Shown: positions 17,098 to 25,760 of the stretch, piece by piece
How the letters are laid out: every line of letters begins with the position of its first letter
Position numbering within the stretch: position 1 is the first letter of the stretch
Origin: Candidatus Latescibacterota bacterium
GTDB taxonomy: Bacteria; Latescibacterota; UBA2968
Length of the DNA stretch: 34,892 nt
Assembly (NCBI GenBank): GCA_038279365.1
Contig: JAYODI010000042.1
Location: 1 to 34,892, forward strand
Reading direction: 5' to 3'
The notes under the pieces: generated by a model
Told to the model about the DNA's origin: nothing
Databases searched by the model: none
The model's input: the letters and a program-made list of their open reading frames with translations, nothing else
Made by a program: the position numbers and the translations under genes

Positions 17098-19959
17098 ATG
17101 GCTGATGCATCATACAAATTGGCATCACAAATCAAAGGGGATGTGCAATTTGATCGCATGTCCCGATTGCTTTATAGCACAGATGCCAGTATGTACCAAA
17201 TTGAGCCATTGGGTGTGGTGTTGCCCAAGTCCAAAGAAGATGTGAAAGCAGTAATCGCGTTTGCAAATGAAGAAGGTATATCCATTATTCCACGCGGAGG
17301 TGGAACGGGTCTGGCCGGTGGTGTGGTTGGGCCAGGTTTGGTGATGGATATGTCAAAACATATGAACAAAGTTCTCGAATTAAATGTGGATGAAAAGTGG
17401 GTGCGCGTAGAACCCGGTGTGGTTTTGGATGAGTTAAATGCCTACTTAAAACCCCATGGTCTCCAATTTGCCCCCGATGTGTCGACCAGCAGTCGTGCAA
17501 CAATCGGTGGCATGGTGGCCAATAACTCGGCGGGGGCTCATTCTGTTATTTATGGCAAAACCATCGACCATGTCATCGAATTAGATGTATTGCTTGCCGA
17601 TGGATCAGAAGCAAAGCTTGGTGTGTTGGATGAGGCCGATGTGAATAGAAAGTGTGCTTCAGACACTTTAGAAGGTCAGGCATATCGCGAAGTGATTCGT
17701 ATTTCACAGACCCATGCGGAAGAAATTGAAAAAAGATATCCCAAAATATTGCGTCGCGTGGGGGGGTATAACTTAGATGAGTTTATTAAAAAACAGCCCT
17801 TTAACTTGGCACGTATGGTAATTGGTTCTGAAGGAACGTTGGCAACCATTGTGTCTGCCAAACTCAACTTGGTTCCTTTGCCCAAGGTAAAAGTTTTGGG
17901 TTTTATTCAATTTCACGATTTAATAGAATCTATGCGGGCAGTATCTGCCATATTGACCACAGGGCCTGCCGCGATAGAGTTGATTGACAAGATGATATTG
18001 GATCAAACCAAATCATCACTCGCATTGTCTTCCCAGCGTGCTTGGGTGCAAGGAGATCCTGAAGCGGTATTGGCCGTAGAATATTTTGGTGATTCGTTGG
18101 CCGAATTGTCTGACAAGTTGGATGCGCTTGAGACTCTCATGAAAGCCGAAGGCTTGGGGTATGCATTTGGTCGTGCAACTTCAGATGCAGAACAAAACAA
18201 TGTTTGGAATGTGCGCAAGGCAGGTTTGGGGTTGTTAATGGGGGTAAAAGGTGATGCCAAGCCAGTGGCGTTTGTAGAAGATCAGGCGGTCTCACCTGAA
18301 AAATTGCCCGATTATATTACAGAATTTGAGCAAATAATACAAAAACATCAAACCACTGCAGGTTATTATGCCCATGCCAGTGTGGGCTTGCTTCATATTC
18401 GTCCCATGGTCAATCTCAAAGAGGCCAATGACATCCAAAATATGCGTTCTATTGCCGAAGATGTGCGCGATCTGGTAATGAAATATGGGGGGGCAATAAG
18501 TGGCGAGCATGGCGATGGTCTTGTGAGAAGTTGTTGGAATGAGAAATTTTTTGGCCCTGTCTTATATCAGGCCTTCAGAGAGGTCAAAAAGGCTTTTGAT
18601 CCGGCAGGAATTATGAACCCGGGCAAGATAGTGGATGCCCCCATGATGACTGAAAATTTGCGTTATGGAGCAAACTATGAATCAAAAGACATTCATACAC
18701 ACTTCGACTTTTCGGCAGATGGTGGGTTTCATCGCGCCATTGAAATGTGTAATGGTGTGGGGGCTTGCCGAAAAAAGAATGTGGGCACGATGTGTCCTTC
18801 TTATATGGCCACGCTTGAGGAAGAACATTCCACACGTGGGCGAGCGAATGCCTTGCGTGCGGCGGTTTCTGGCAATTGGGCAGGAGGCTTAACCGATAAA
18901 CGCATGCATGATGTGTTGGATTTGTGTTTGGAGTGTAAGGCCTGTAAATCGGAGTGCCCGTCCAATGTGGATATGGCCAAAATAAAGTACGAGTTTTTAG
19001 CACACTATTATGCCAAACATGGAAGACCCTTGCGCGCTGTGCTATTTGGGCACATTGAAACATTGAGCAAATTAGGTTGCATGGCAGCGCCTATCTCCAA
19101 TTGGTTTGCGAATAATAGTTTGGCAAAATGGGCAATGAAAAAATTGGGTATCGCACCCAGTCGGTCTTTGCCTCCTTTTGCAAGGGAAACGTTTCCTGAA
19201 TGGTTTGCCAAAAGAAAACCGGTGAACCGCGATAAGAAAGTGGTACTTTTTCACGATACTTACATGGATTATAATTATCCTGAGATCGGACAATCTGCCA
19301 CTCAGTTTTTGGAAGCAGCTGGTTTTGAGGTCATTTTGGCGGTGAAGCGATGTTGTGGGAGGCCGTTGTTGTCGAGTGGGTATATTGAGCGTGTGAAGGA
19401 AAATGCGCGTGCCAATGTGGCCAATTTGTATCGATATGTGGAGCAAGGATACCCCATAGTGGGGTTTGAACCCAGTTGTGTTTCGATGTTGCGCGATGAT
19501 TATTGCGAATTAATAGGTGATCCACGTGCAAAGATTGTGGCAGAACATGTGACAACATTTGAAGATTTTGTGAGCCAATTGGCTCACAAAGGCGAGTTGG
19601 ATGTGGTGTTTACAGATGATGTTAAAAAAGTGCTCTTACATGGTCATTGCCACCAAAAGGCTTTGTGGGGGGTAAATGGTGCATTAAAGGCTTTGGCTTT
19701 GCCCGATGGATACGATGTTTCTGCCATTGCCGCGGGGTGCTGTGGTATGGCTGGGTCCTTTGGTTATGAAGCCGAACACTACGATGTGTCTCTTAAAGTG
19801 GGTGAAAACAGGCTTTTAAATGTGGTGCGCAATGCATCTGCTGATACCGATATTGTTGCAGGCGGTTTGTCTTGTCGGCAACAAATTTTACATGCCACTG
19901 GCAAACGGGCCAAACATCCTGCTGAATTGTTGTGGGAGGCCATAAAGAAAAATCAATGA
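17098..19959 (+). CDS. FAD-linked/Fe-S oxidoreductase (GlcD/GlcF-type fusion, YdiJ-like 2-hydroxyacid dehydrogenase)
   Basis: 'PRGGGTGLAG', 'GEHGDG', 4Fe-4S motifs 'CNGVGAC...CP' and 'CLECKACKSECP', CCG domains 'RCCGRP' and 'GCCGMAGSFG'; GAGGAGG SD. Confidence 0.92.
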   Translation: MADASYKLASQIKGDVQFDRMSRLLYSTDASMYQIEPLGVVLPKSKEDVKAVIAFANEEGISIIPRGGGTGLAGGVVGPGLVMDMSKHMNKVLELNVDEKWVRVEPGVVLDELNAYLKPHGLQFAPDVSTSSRATIGGMVANNSAGAHSVIYGKTIDHVIELDVLLADGSEAKLGVLDEADVNRKCASDTLEGQAYREVIRISQTHAEEIEKRYPKILRRVGGYNLDEFIKKQPFNLARMVIGSEGTLATIVSAKLNLVPLPKVKVLGFIQFHDLIESMRAVSAILTTGPAAIELIDKMILDQTKSSLALSSQRAWVQGDPEAVLAVEYFGDSLAELSDKLDALETLMKAEGLGYAFGRATSDAEQNNVWNVRKAGLGLLMGVKGDAKPVAFVEDQAVSPEKLPDYITEFEQIIQKHQTTAGYYAHASVGLLHIRPMVNLKEANDIQNMRSIAEDVRDLVMKYGGAISGEHGDGLVRSCWNEKFFGPVLYQAFREVKKAFDPAGIMNPGKIVDAPMMTENLRYGANYESKDIHTHFDFSADGGFHRAIEMCNGVGACRKKNVGTMCPSYMATLEEEHSTRGRANALRAAVSGNWAGGLTDKRMHDVLDLCLECKACKSECPSNVDMAKIKYEFLAHYYAKHGRPLRAVLFGHIETLSKLGCMAAPISNWFANNSLAKWAMKKLGIAPSRSLPPFARETFPEWFAKRKPVNRDKKVVLFHDTYMDYNYPEIGQSATQFLEAAGFEVILAVKRCCGRPLLSSGYIERVKENARANVANLYRYVEQGYPIVGFEPSCVSMLRDDYCELIGDPRAKIVAEHVTTFEDFVSQLAHKGELDVVFTDDVKKVLLHGHCHQKALWGVNGALKALALPDGYDVSAIAAGCCGMAGSFGYEAEHYDVSLKVGENRLLNVVRNASADTDIVAGGLSCRQQILHATGKRAKHPAELLWEAIKKNQ

Positions 19960-20240
19960 CAAATTGGGTGCGAAAACAATTTCGTGTTGTCGGACGCGTT
20001 CAGGGGGTTGGTTTTCGATATTTTACCCAGCGTCAAGCAACGCGTTTGGGTATGGTGGGGTTTGTGCGCAATCTGTCTAATGGCGATGTGGAAATCGACG
20101 TTGCCGGTTCCGTGTCGGATATGCAAACATTTCTGGTTCTTATACAAAAAGGGCCCAGTGGGGCTCGTGTGCAAGAAGTAACCGAACAAATTTTACCAGT
20201 ACAAAATCTTTCAGAGTCTTTTGAAATTCGGCATTTTTAA
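19956..20240 (+). CDS. acyP: Acylphosphatase
   Basis: 'GRVQGVGFR', 'GFVRNLSNGDVE', 'GPSGARV'; ATGA overlap with the upstream stop at 19956-19959. Confidence 0.93.
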   Translation: MTNWVRKQFRVVGRVQGVGFRYFTQRQATRLGMVGFVRNLSNGDVEIDVAGSVSDMQTFLVLIQKGPSGARVQEVTEQILPVQNLSESFEIRHF

Positions 20241-20259
20241 ACATTGATGAGGAGGGTGT

Positions 20260-20772
20260 GTGGCACTTACAGATTTTATCCGCAACATTCCAGATTTTCC
20301 AAAACCGGGGATTCAATTTAAAGATATTACACCACTGCTCCAAAATGCTGATGCATTTAATGAAACCATTTTGTCACTGGCAGAACCCTACAAATTGTCT
20401 CAGGTTGATTATGTTGTGGGAATAGAGTCGCGGGGGTTTATTTTTGGTGCTCCGCTTGCTCGCCAATTGGGGGTAGGATTTGTTCCCATTCGAAAGCCTG
20501 GGAAGTTGCCTGCTGAAACGATATCTGCAACCTATGAGTTAGAATATGGTACCGATGAGGTGCAAATCCACAAAGATGCCATACTGCCTGGTCAATCTGT
20601 GGTGATCGTAGATGATTTGTTGGCTACTGGTGGCACAATGGCCGCTGCCTGTGAACTCATAGATCGTTTAGGTGGCAACATCTGCGGGATATCGTTCTTG
20701 ATTGAGTTGGTTTTTTTAGATGGAAGAAAAAAATTGGGTGGGCGAAATTTGCACAGTCTGATTACTTATTGA
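20260..20772 (+). CDS. apt: Adenine phosphoribosyltransferase
   Basis: 'IPDFPKPGIQFKDITPLL', 'GIESRGF', 'RKPGKLP', 'YELEYG', PRPP motif 'VDDLLATGGT'. Confidence 0.97.
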   Translation: MALTDFIRNIPDFPKPGIQFKDITPLLQNADAFNETILSLAEPYKLSQVDYVVGIESRGFIFGAPLARQLGVGFVPIRKPGKLPAETISATYELEYGTDEVQIHKDAILPGQSVVIVDDLLATGGTMAAACELIDRLGGNICGISFLIELVFLDGRKKLGGRNLHSLITY

Positions 20773-21118
20773 GCAGGTGTGATACGTGATTGAGTAAGGC
20801 GTCAATTTTGAAGGGTTTGCGTAAACAGATACAATTTGGGTACATGGCGTAGTTTTCTTCTTCTTGAAATTTTTCTAAAAACACAATGGCTGGCACCGAG
20901 ATATTGTGTTCTGTGAGAATGGTGAGTGTGTCTTTTCCAGAAATGATTGGCATTTGGTCGTTGAGAATAATTAAATCAAGATCGTGGCTTTGGGCATGTT
21001 CTATCGCCGTATAACTGTCCACAGGGCAAAGCACATCGTAACCTGCTTCACTGAGCTTGGTTTCTATGATGCCCCTGATGTCTTGGTCATTTTCAAGGAT
21101 GAGGATGGATTTTGGCAT
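20762..21118 (-). CDS. Single-domain response regulator, atypical (probable pseudo-receiver)
   Basis: 'SILILEND...DLIILNDQMP...LRKPF'; acceptor position reads N; start chosen at ATG 21118 (21148 possible); 11-nt tail-to-tail overlap with apt. Confidence 0.75.
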   Translation of the reverse strand: MPKSILILENDQDIRGIIETKLSEAGYDVLCPVDSYTAIEHAQSHDLDLIILNDQMPIISGKDTLTILTEHNISVPAIVFLEKFQEEENYAMYPNCICLRKPFKIDALLNHVSHLLNK

Positions 21119-21126
21119 AGGATCAT

Positions 21127-21155
21127 TTGACGCAAAAGTGGTTGTCATGTATATT
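21127..21155 (+). promoter_or_regulatory. sigma70 promoter of tRNA-Arg
   Basis: TTGACG-17 nt-TATATT followed by GC-rich GCACGC, ending 9 nt before the tRNA. Confidence 0.7.
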
Positions 21156-21164
21156 GCACGCATT

Positions 21165-21237
21165 GCCCCCGTAGCTCAGTGGATAGAGTAGCGGATTCCT
21201 AATCCGTTGGTCGCAGGTTCAAGTCCTGCCGGGGGCG
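21165..21237 (+). tRNA. tRNA-Arg (anticodon CCT), CCA not encoded
   Basis: Acceptor GCCCCCG/CGGGGGC, D-arm TAGCTCAGTGGATAGAG, anticodon arm GCGGA-TTCCTAA-TCCGT, T-arm GCAGG-TTCAAGT-CCTGC. Confidence 0.97.
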
Positions 21238-21263
21238 CGTATTTTATTGTTTTGTATTTTTGT

Positions 21264-21296
21264 AAGGCATCTCATTTCTTTGAGATGCCTTTTTTT
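21264..21296 (+). terminator. Intrinsic terminator after tRNA
   Basis: AAGGCATCTCA / TGAGATGCCTT stem followed by a T-run. Confidence 0.85.
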
Positions 21297-21423
21297 GTAA
21301 GGTCTTGTATATATTGGTCATAACGGGCAGTGCGTTTTTGGTTTGAACGATTGGTTCACTATGAATTTAAACTTTATGAATCAAACGACGTTAAAAGATA
21401 GGAGGGTGTATTCCACCCCCAAT

Positions 21424-21717
21424 TTATGGCCAAGGTTTTTTTTCTCCAGTCATGGCTTCAAGCGCACAGGTATCGATGTCCTCGGGATGGGTGAGTTGGT
21501 AGCCTACCAATTTAGATCCGTTAAAGGAAGATAATTTTTTCAATCGGACAACCTTTGGGCGCCATTGATCTGTTTGTCGCGACCAGCGCACAACAAAACC
21601 GTGCTGAAAGCCAATGAGGGTAATGGTATAATAGTGCAATGGACCCGAAATTGGCTCATAGATGGAAAAAAAGCGCATGGTAGTAGCCTTTTTTATATCA
21701 GCTCTGCCCAAAAACAT
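21424..21717 (-). CDS. Small hypothetical protein (start 21717 or 21678)
   Basis: Largest ORF in the ~650-bp gap; preceded by minus-strand TTGCAA-17 nt-TAGTAT (21766-21738); no recognised family. Confidence 0.4.
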   Translation of the reverse strand: MFLGRADIKKATTMRFFSIYEPISGPLHYYTITLIGFQHGFVVRWSRQTDQWRPKVVRLKKLSSFNGSKLVGYQLTHPEDIDTCALEAMTGEKKPWP

Positions 21718-21952
21718 CGCGTGGTGTGAGGGTGCCTATACTAATATCATAAAAGGGCTTTTGCAAGTAATTTGATCAGCGGTTTTATAAAAAAAACAAG
21801 CATATCTCAGAATTTAAAGATGCCAGAAAGTGCTTGTGTTTCTATCGGTTATCACGTAATATTCTCACAAATCCACAGTTAATAAGGAAACAGGAACGTC
21901 CTTAGCTGTTTTTTTAACGCGACGCCTCAAAACTTTTTCGAAAGTAAGCGTT

Positions 21953-24106
21953 ATGTTATTTGGTTCCCTTTTTAAAGGCGACAAAAGCATTACCATAGGT
22001 AAGAGCCGCAAGCGAAAGTTAACGGCTCGAGATGTTATTGATAGGCTCAATAGTTTTGAGCTTACTGGGGCCAATTGTACGCTGATTCGAGACCATTTGG
22101 GAAATGAAAAAATAGAAAATTATGGGCAAGTGGATGTTTTTCGCCTTCGAGATGAGGAAGTTTTTACCATAGATAACACTTTTTGCATTACCACACCAAC
22201 GGGTATGAAATTAAAAGCTGATGTTGGGGGTAATCTGTCTGATATTATTTCTCATGAAACAACACAAGAAGTGTCAGATGATGACCCTTTTGATGACTAT
22301 GAAGATGCCGAAGCGCAAAATGATGGAGCAGACGAAGAGCAAGAGTCAGACGCAAAAGAAAGGCCAACAACATCCGTTAAAAGCAAGTCAACCCATTTGG
22401 AAAACGATAAAAAACAGGGTTCTACGACCGAAGATGACAAAAATTTAGAAGGTGAAGAAGAAGATGATGATGATGAGTTAACACCCATTTCGGCTGGGGA
22501 GGCACAACCCGTAAAACTTCAGGACAAGGGGAAAAAAAGTTCTGGAAATGACGCATATTCTGAAAGGCAGGCATCTGCAGGATCGAACAGTACAGGACAA
22601 GAGCAGGTGTTGGGGTTGGGGCAGGTTATTCGCTTGAGATTCTTTTTTCGACGGGTGCCCTATGAAATAGATTGTCAGATTATAGATCGATTTAACCCCA
22701 GTCGGTTGGGAAGTGACATAGACCTTACGCCACGTTTTGGTGTGGGGTATCAAGTACGCCCCTTAACTGATGTGCGCAATCGCGATCAACGGCGATATAT
22801 TCGGTATACCCATCGGATGGGGTTTGGGCATCTGCGTGTCAGAAATGAAATACAATTCCATGTTTTTGCACATCGAACAAATATCGAAATTCCAGAACGC
22901 GGTGCACTAAAACCCGTTTTGACCTATGACGATTTCAAAACCATTCCGTTTGGTAATCCAACGGTGAATGAAATCAAAGGCGTTGAAAAACTTGAAGATG
23001 TTGTAGAGTTTTTTATGCGTTGCATGATATCTAATCCAACAGAACGGCGCCAAGTATATTTGAGTAAAGCATATTTTGACTCTGTAAGACGTAAATCGAG
23101 CCTGGTTGGGTTGGGATATTATGCCACTGTGGGGGCACAGCAAACAACCATATTGCCTAAAATTTTCATTAAAAAACCACTCAAAGGGAAAACGGTTTTA
23201 GAACAGATGTTGGCCGCTAAGGGAAAAGGGCCACGTGACACCCACAAAATGCGCGTTATTGAAGATATTCAAGACCGTTATTCCTTGTTGACGCGCGAAT
23301 TAAAAGTGTGGCAGGCACGCCGCAGACAAAAACGGGTTGAAAGTTATGACAATGACATGTGCCAAGTGAGTTTTTTGTCATCTTATGGGACGACGACGCA
23401 AGATATTTATCCCACGCGCATAATGAACATGTACTGTGAATTAATAGATGTGGGGTTAGAAAACCTCACATTGAAGCCCATTCCATTTGATGATGCCCGG
23501 GCTCGTATGAATGATGAACGAGAATTTATAAGACAAGAAGATGGTTTTCCTGTTGATTTGCTCAATTTCAGTGTGGGAGGCGCGCAAATTAGAGGAGGGG
23601 AAGAAGATGGGCATCATAGGGCTTTTTTGAAGTATCTCGGGGGAGAAAATTTTGAGAGCTTAAAATTTGAAGATAAAATCGAAATCTTGAGAAAACATGC
23701 AGTTATGTTCCATTTTTATCCAGTGTTAACATTTAATCGAACGCAGATCCAAGATTATGAACCATATCTCCCGTTTTGCATTCCCGTTGTTGCAAGGGTT
23801 TCTCGTTTTAGAACGGCAATGAACGCCGAAACACAAGAACCTCAAATCGTTTCATTGGGCATAGAGTTTATTTATAATCCTGTTCAAGATGCATATTCTC
23901 GCGATCTAAATCTTTATGATCAATGGGAACAAATTACGCCTTATACAGAAAATACCTTTTTTATTGAGGTGCATAAATCTTTGCAATTGCTGTTTGGTTT
24001 TGATCGTGCCTTAAGCGAAGACTTAAGAGACGATCATCCCAAAGAAAAAAAGCAAGATGCCGAAAATGATTCCAATGACCAACCTGAAGCTTCTGAAACA
24101 ACATAA
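21953..24106 (+). CDS. Hypothetical protein with acidic insertion and split PilZ/YcgR-like motifs
   Basis: 717-aa ORF; 'GQVIRLRFFF...PYEIDCQII...PLTDVRNRDQRRYIRY' (YcgR-N-like plus RxxxR); 'DLLNFSVGGAQI' ([DN]xSxGG); 'VARVSR...LGIEF'. Confidence 0.6.
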   Translation: MLFGSLFKGDKSITIGKSRKRKLTARDVIDRLNSFELTGANCTLIRDHLGNEKIENYGQVDVFRLRDEEVFTIDNTFCITTPTGMKLKADVGGNLSDIISHETTQEVSDDDPFDDYEDAEAQNDGADEEQESDAKERPTTSVKSKSTHLENDKKQGSTTEDDKNLEGEEEDDDDELTPISAGEAQPVKLQDKGKKSSGNDAYSERQASAGSNSTGQEQVLGLGQVIRLRFFFRRVPYEIDCQIIDRFNPSRLGSDIDLTPRFGVGYQVRPLTDVRNRDQRRYIRYTHRMGFGHLRVRNEIQFHVFAHRTNIEIPERGALKPVLTYDDFKTIPFGNPTVNEIKGVEKLEDVVEFFMRCMISNPTERRQVYLSKAYFDSVRRKSSLVGLGYYATVGAQQTTILPKIFIKKPLKGKTVLEQMLAAKGKGPRDTHKMRVIEDIQDRYSLLTRELKVWQARRRQKRVESYDNDMCQVSFLSSYGTTTQDIYPTRIMNMYCELIDVGLENLTLKPIPFDDARARMNDEREFIRQEDGFPVDLLNFSVGGAQIRGGEEDGHHRAFLKYLGGENFESLKFEDKIEILRKHAVMFHFYPVLTFNRTQIQDYEPYLPFCIPVVARVSRFRTAMNAETQEPQIVSLGIEFIYNPVQDAYSRDLNLYDQWEQITPYTENTFFIEVHKSLQLLFGFDRALSEDLRDDHPKEKKQDAENDSNDQPEASETT

Positions 24107-24131
24107 GTAATGTTGTCTGTTGCCATTGTTG

Positions 24132-24165
24132 GGGGAGCACGCCGCTTATTCGTGCTCCCCTTTTT
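24132..24165 (+). terminator. Intrinsic terminator
   Basis: GGGGAGCACG / CGTGCTCCCC perfect 10-bp stem followed by TTTTT. Confidence 0.85.
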
Positions 24166-24180
24166 ATGCATAGGAAGACC

Positions 24181-25734
24181 ATGTCGATTCACCCCAAAAT
24201 GCCCAAGATAAATTTTAAGTTGGGTTTGTTGATGTTGCTTGTATTCGGGTGTTATAGCCCTGAAAGAAGTCTTTCTTTAGACCCGCACAACAAACCCATC
24301 GTGCATATTTTAGAGTCGCAATACAACTTGGATTCGGGTACCGTACTTATCAAATGGGAATATATTGGTTCTACAAAAGTTACTGCCTTTGAGGTTCATC
24401 GTCGGATTTTGGGAGACTTTGAAGTTGTTGCTCGAATCGTTGCAGATGGCGAAATACAAGACTATGCATATGTTGCCACGTATCAAGATGATGCCTTAAT
24501 AGCTGGTGAAAATGTATTTTATCAAGTTGTTGCAGAGCTTGCAAGTGGCGGAAAAGAGTTGACTCAAACAAAAAATGTCGTCATACCAGGTGCACAGGCT
24601 CTGGAGACTGTGCGTGATCCTATAAATTTGTCTGTGCAGTTTCGTTGGTTACCCGATCCCAATGTTGCATCTGGGTATCAAGTAATGCGTTCTGTTGGCG
24701 GTGGGCAATCGGTTGTGATTTATGAGACAAATTCTCCAACTGAGTCGTCATTTGTTGATCAGGCGATCCAAAGCAATGAACCTTATGAATATCTTGTAAG
24801 AACTTTGACGCCCAGTGGAAAAACATTGGTCAGTCGGTCCGTTACAGCTCATTTTTATAGGTTGGCCACCACACAACCTGTTGAAACTGTCCTTACGGAT
24901 ACGGAACGTTTGCGTCTAAGTGTTGGAGAACCCACAACAAGTGGTGGCACGCTCGCCATTGTGGCAAGAGAAAAACAACTTTCTCTGTATCAGTTTCGTT
25001 ATCAAATTGGTTTGTCTTTTGACGGTTCTCCACGCATCTTGCGCACATTGGTAGGCATTGCATTTCCAAGTGCTTTGGCATTTTCTCCCAAATCTGTCGA
25101 TTTGGCAGGGCCATTGACCTTGCCTTCATTTTCTGTATTTCCACGATTATATGTGGGGGGCTTATTGGGCAACGGGCAAATAGATATTGTAGGTTTTGAT
25201 ATGCCCTTGTTGAATCAAGTTTGGTCCCTGCCAAATAGATGGGATGCTCCATTGGGCGCAACACATGTCGCACTTGCACGCGATGACCAAGATCGCATTT
25301 ATGCTGCGGCAGGAAACGAATTGCGCGTATTTTCTTCTTTTGGTGGTTTATTAGGTAACGAAACCTTATCAGGATTCATCAAAGATATGTCCATTCAAGG
25401 AGATCGTATTTGGGTCGCATTGGAAAATGGAAGAGTCGAACGCGGTGTGCTTGTATTTAATCAAGGGGTGTTGTCTGCGGTGCAGTGGGAAACCGTAGTT
25501 TTGCCTTTGGGTGCAGAAATTGTAGCGATGACACACAACAATTTAGGGCAGGTATTTTTGTTGGATGCCAACAATCGAAAAATGATCGTTGCACAACCCA
25601 ATGGCACTTCAATTTTTCAGTTTGGTCTGCCATTTGGTGATTATAGAAATGGTGATGTGGTTGTTGATCAATCCTCTGGGAATTTGTTACAAGTGACGGA
25701 TGGACATGGTGACATTGTGTCTTTTATACCTTAA
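24181..25734 (+). CDS. Putative lipoprotein with two FN3-like domains and a C-terminal beta-propeller-like region
   Basis: Lipobox-like LLVFGC; 'IKWEY...FEVHRR...YQDDAL..GENVFYQV' and 'FRWLP...YQVMRS...FVDQ...YEYLVR'; NHL/propeller-like strands 'ARDDQDRIYAA', 'GDRIWVA', 'GQVFLLDANN'; start 24181 or 24199. Confidence 0.6.
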   Translation: MSIHPKMPKINFKLGLLMLLVFGCYSPERSLSLDPHNKPIVHILESQYNLDSGTVLIKWEYIGSTKVTAFEVHRRILGDFEVVARIVADGEIQDYAYVATYQDDALIAGENVFYQVVAELASGGKELTQTKNVVIPGAQALETVRDPINLSVQFRWLPDPNVASGYQVMRSVGGGQSVVIYETNSPTESSFVDQAIQSNEPYEYLVRTLTPSGKTLVSRSVTAHFYRLATTQPVETVLTDTERLRLSVGEPTTSGGTLAIVAREKQLSLYQFRYQIGLSFDGSPRILRTLVGIAFPSALAFSPKSVDLAGPLTLPSFSVFPRLYVGGLLGNGQIDIVGFDMPLLNQVWSLPNRWDAPLGATHVALARDDQDRIYAAAGNELRVFSSFGGLLGNETLSGFIKDMSIQGDRIWVALENGRVERGVLVFNQGVLSAVQWETVVLPLGAEIVAMTHNNLGQVFLLDANNRKMIVAQPNGTSIFQFGLPFGDYRNGDVVVDQSSGNLLQVTDGHGDIVSFIP

Positions 25735-25760
25735 GTTGCTCATTGTTTAATGAGGGGTTT

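Noticed and set aside
21165..21300. tRNA-Arg(CCT) as an integration site or island boundary
   Set aside because: No integrase nearby, I saw no duplicate of the tRNA 3' end, and a normal terminator follows directly
22450..22480. GAA/GAT trinucleotide run as a phase-variable repeat
   Set aside because: Short, in-frame, and simply encodes the poly-Glu/Asp tract
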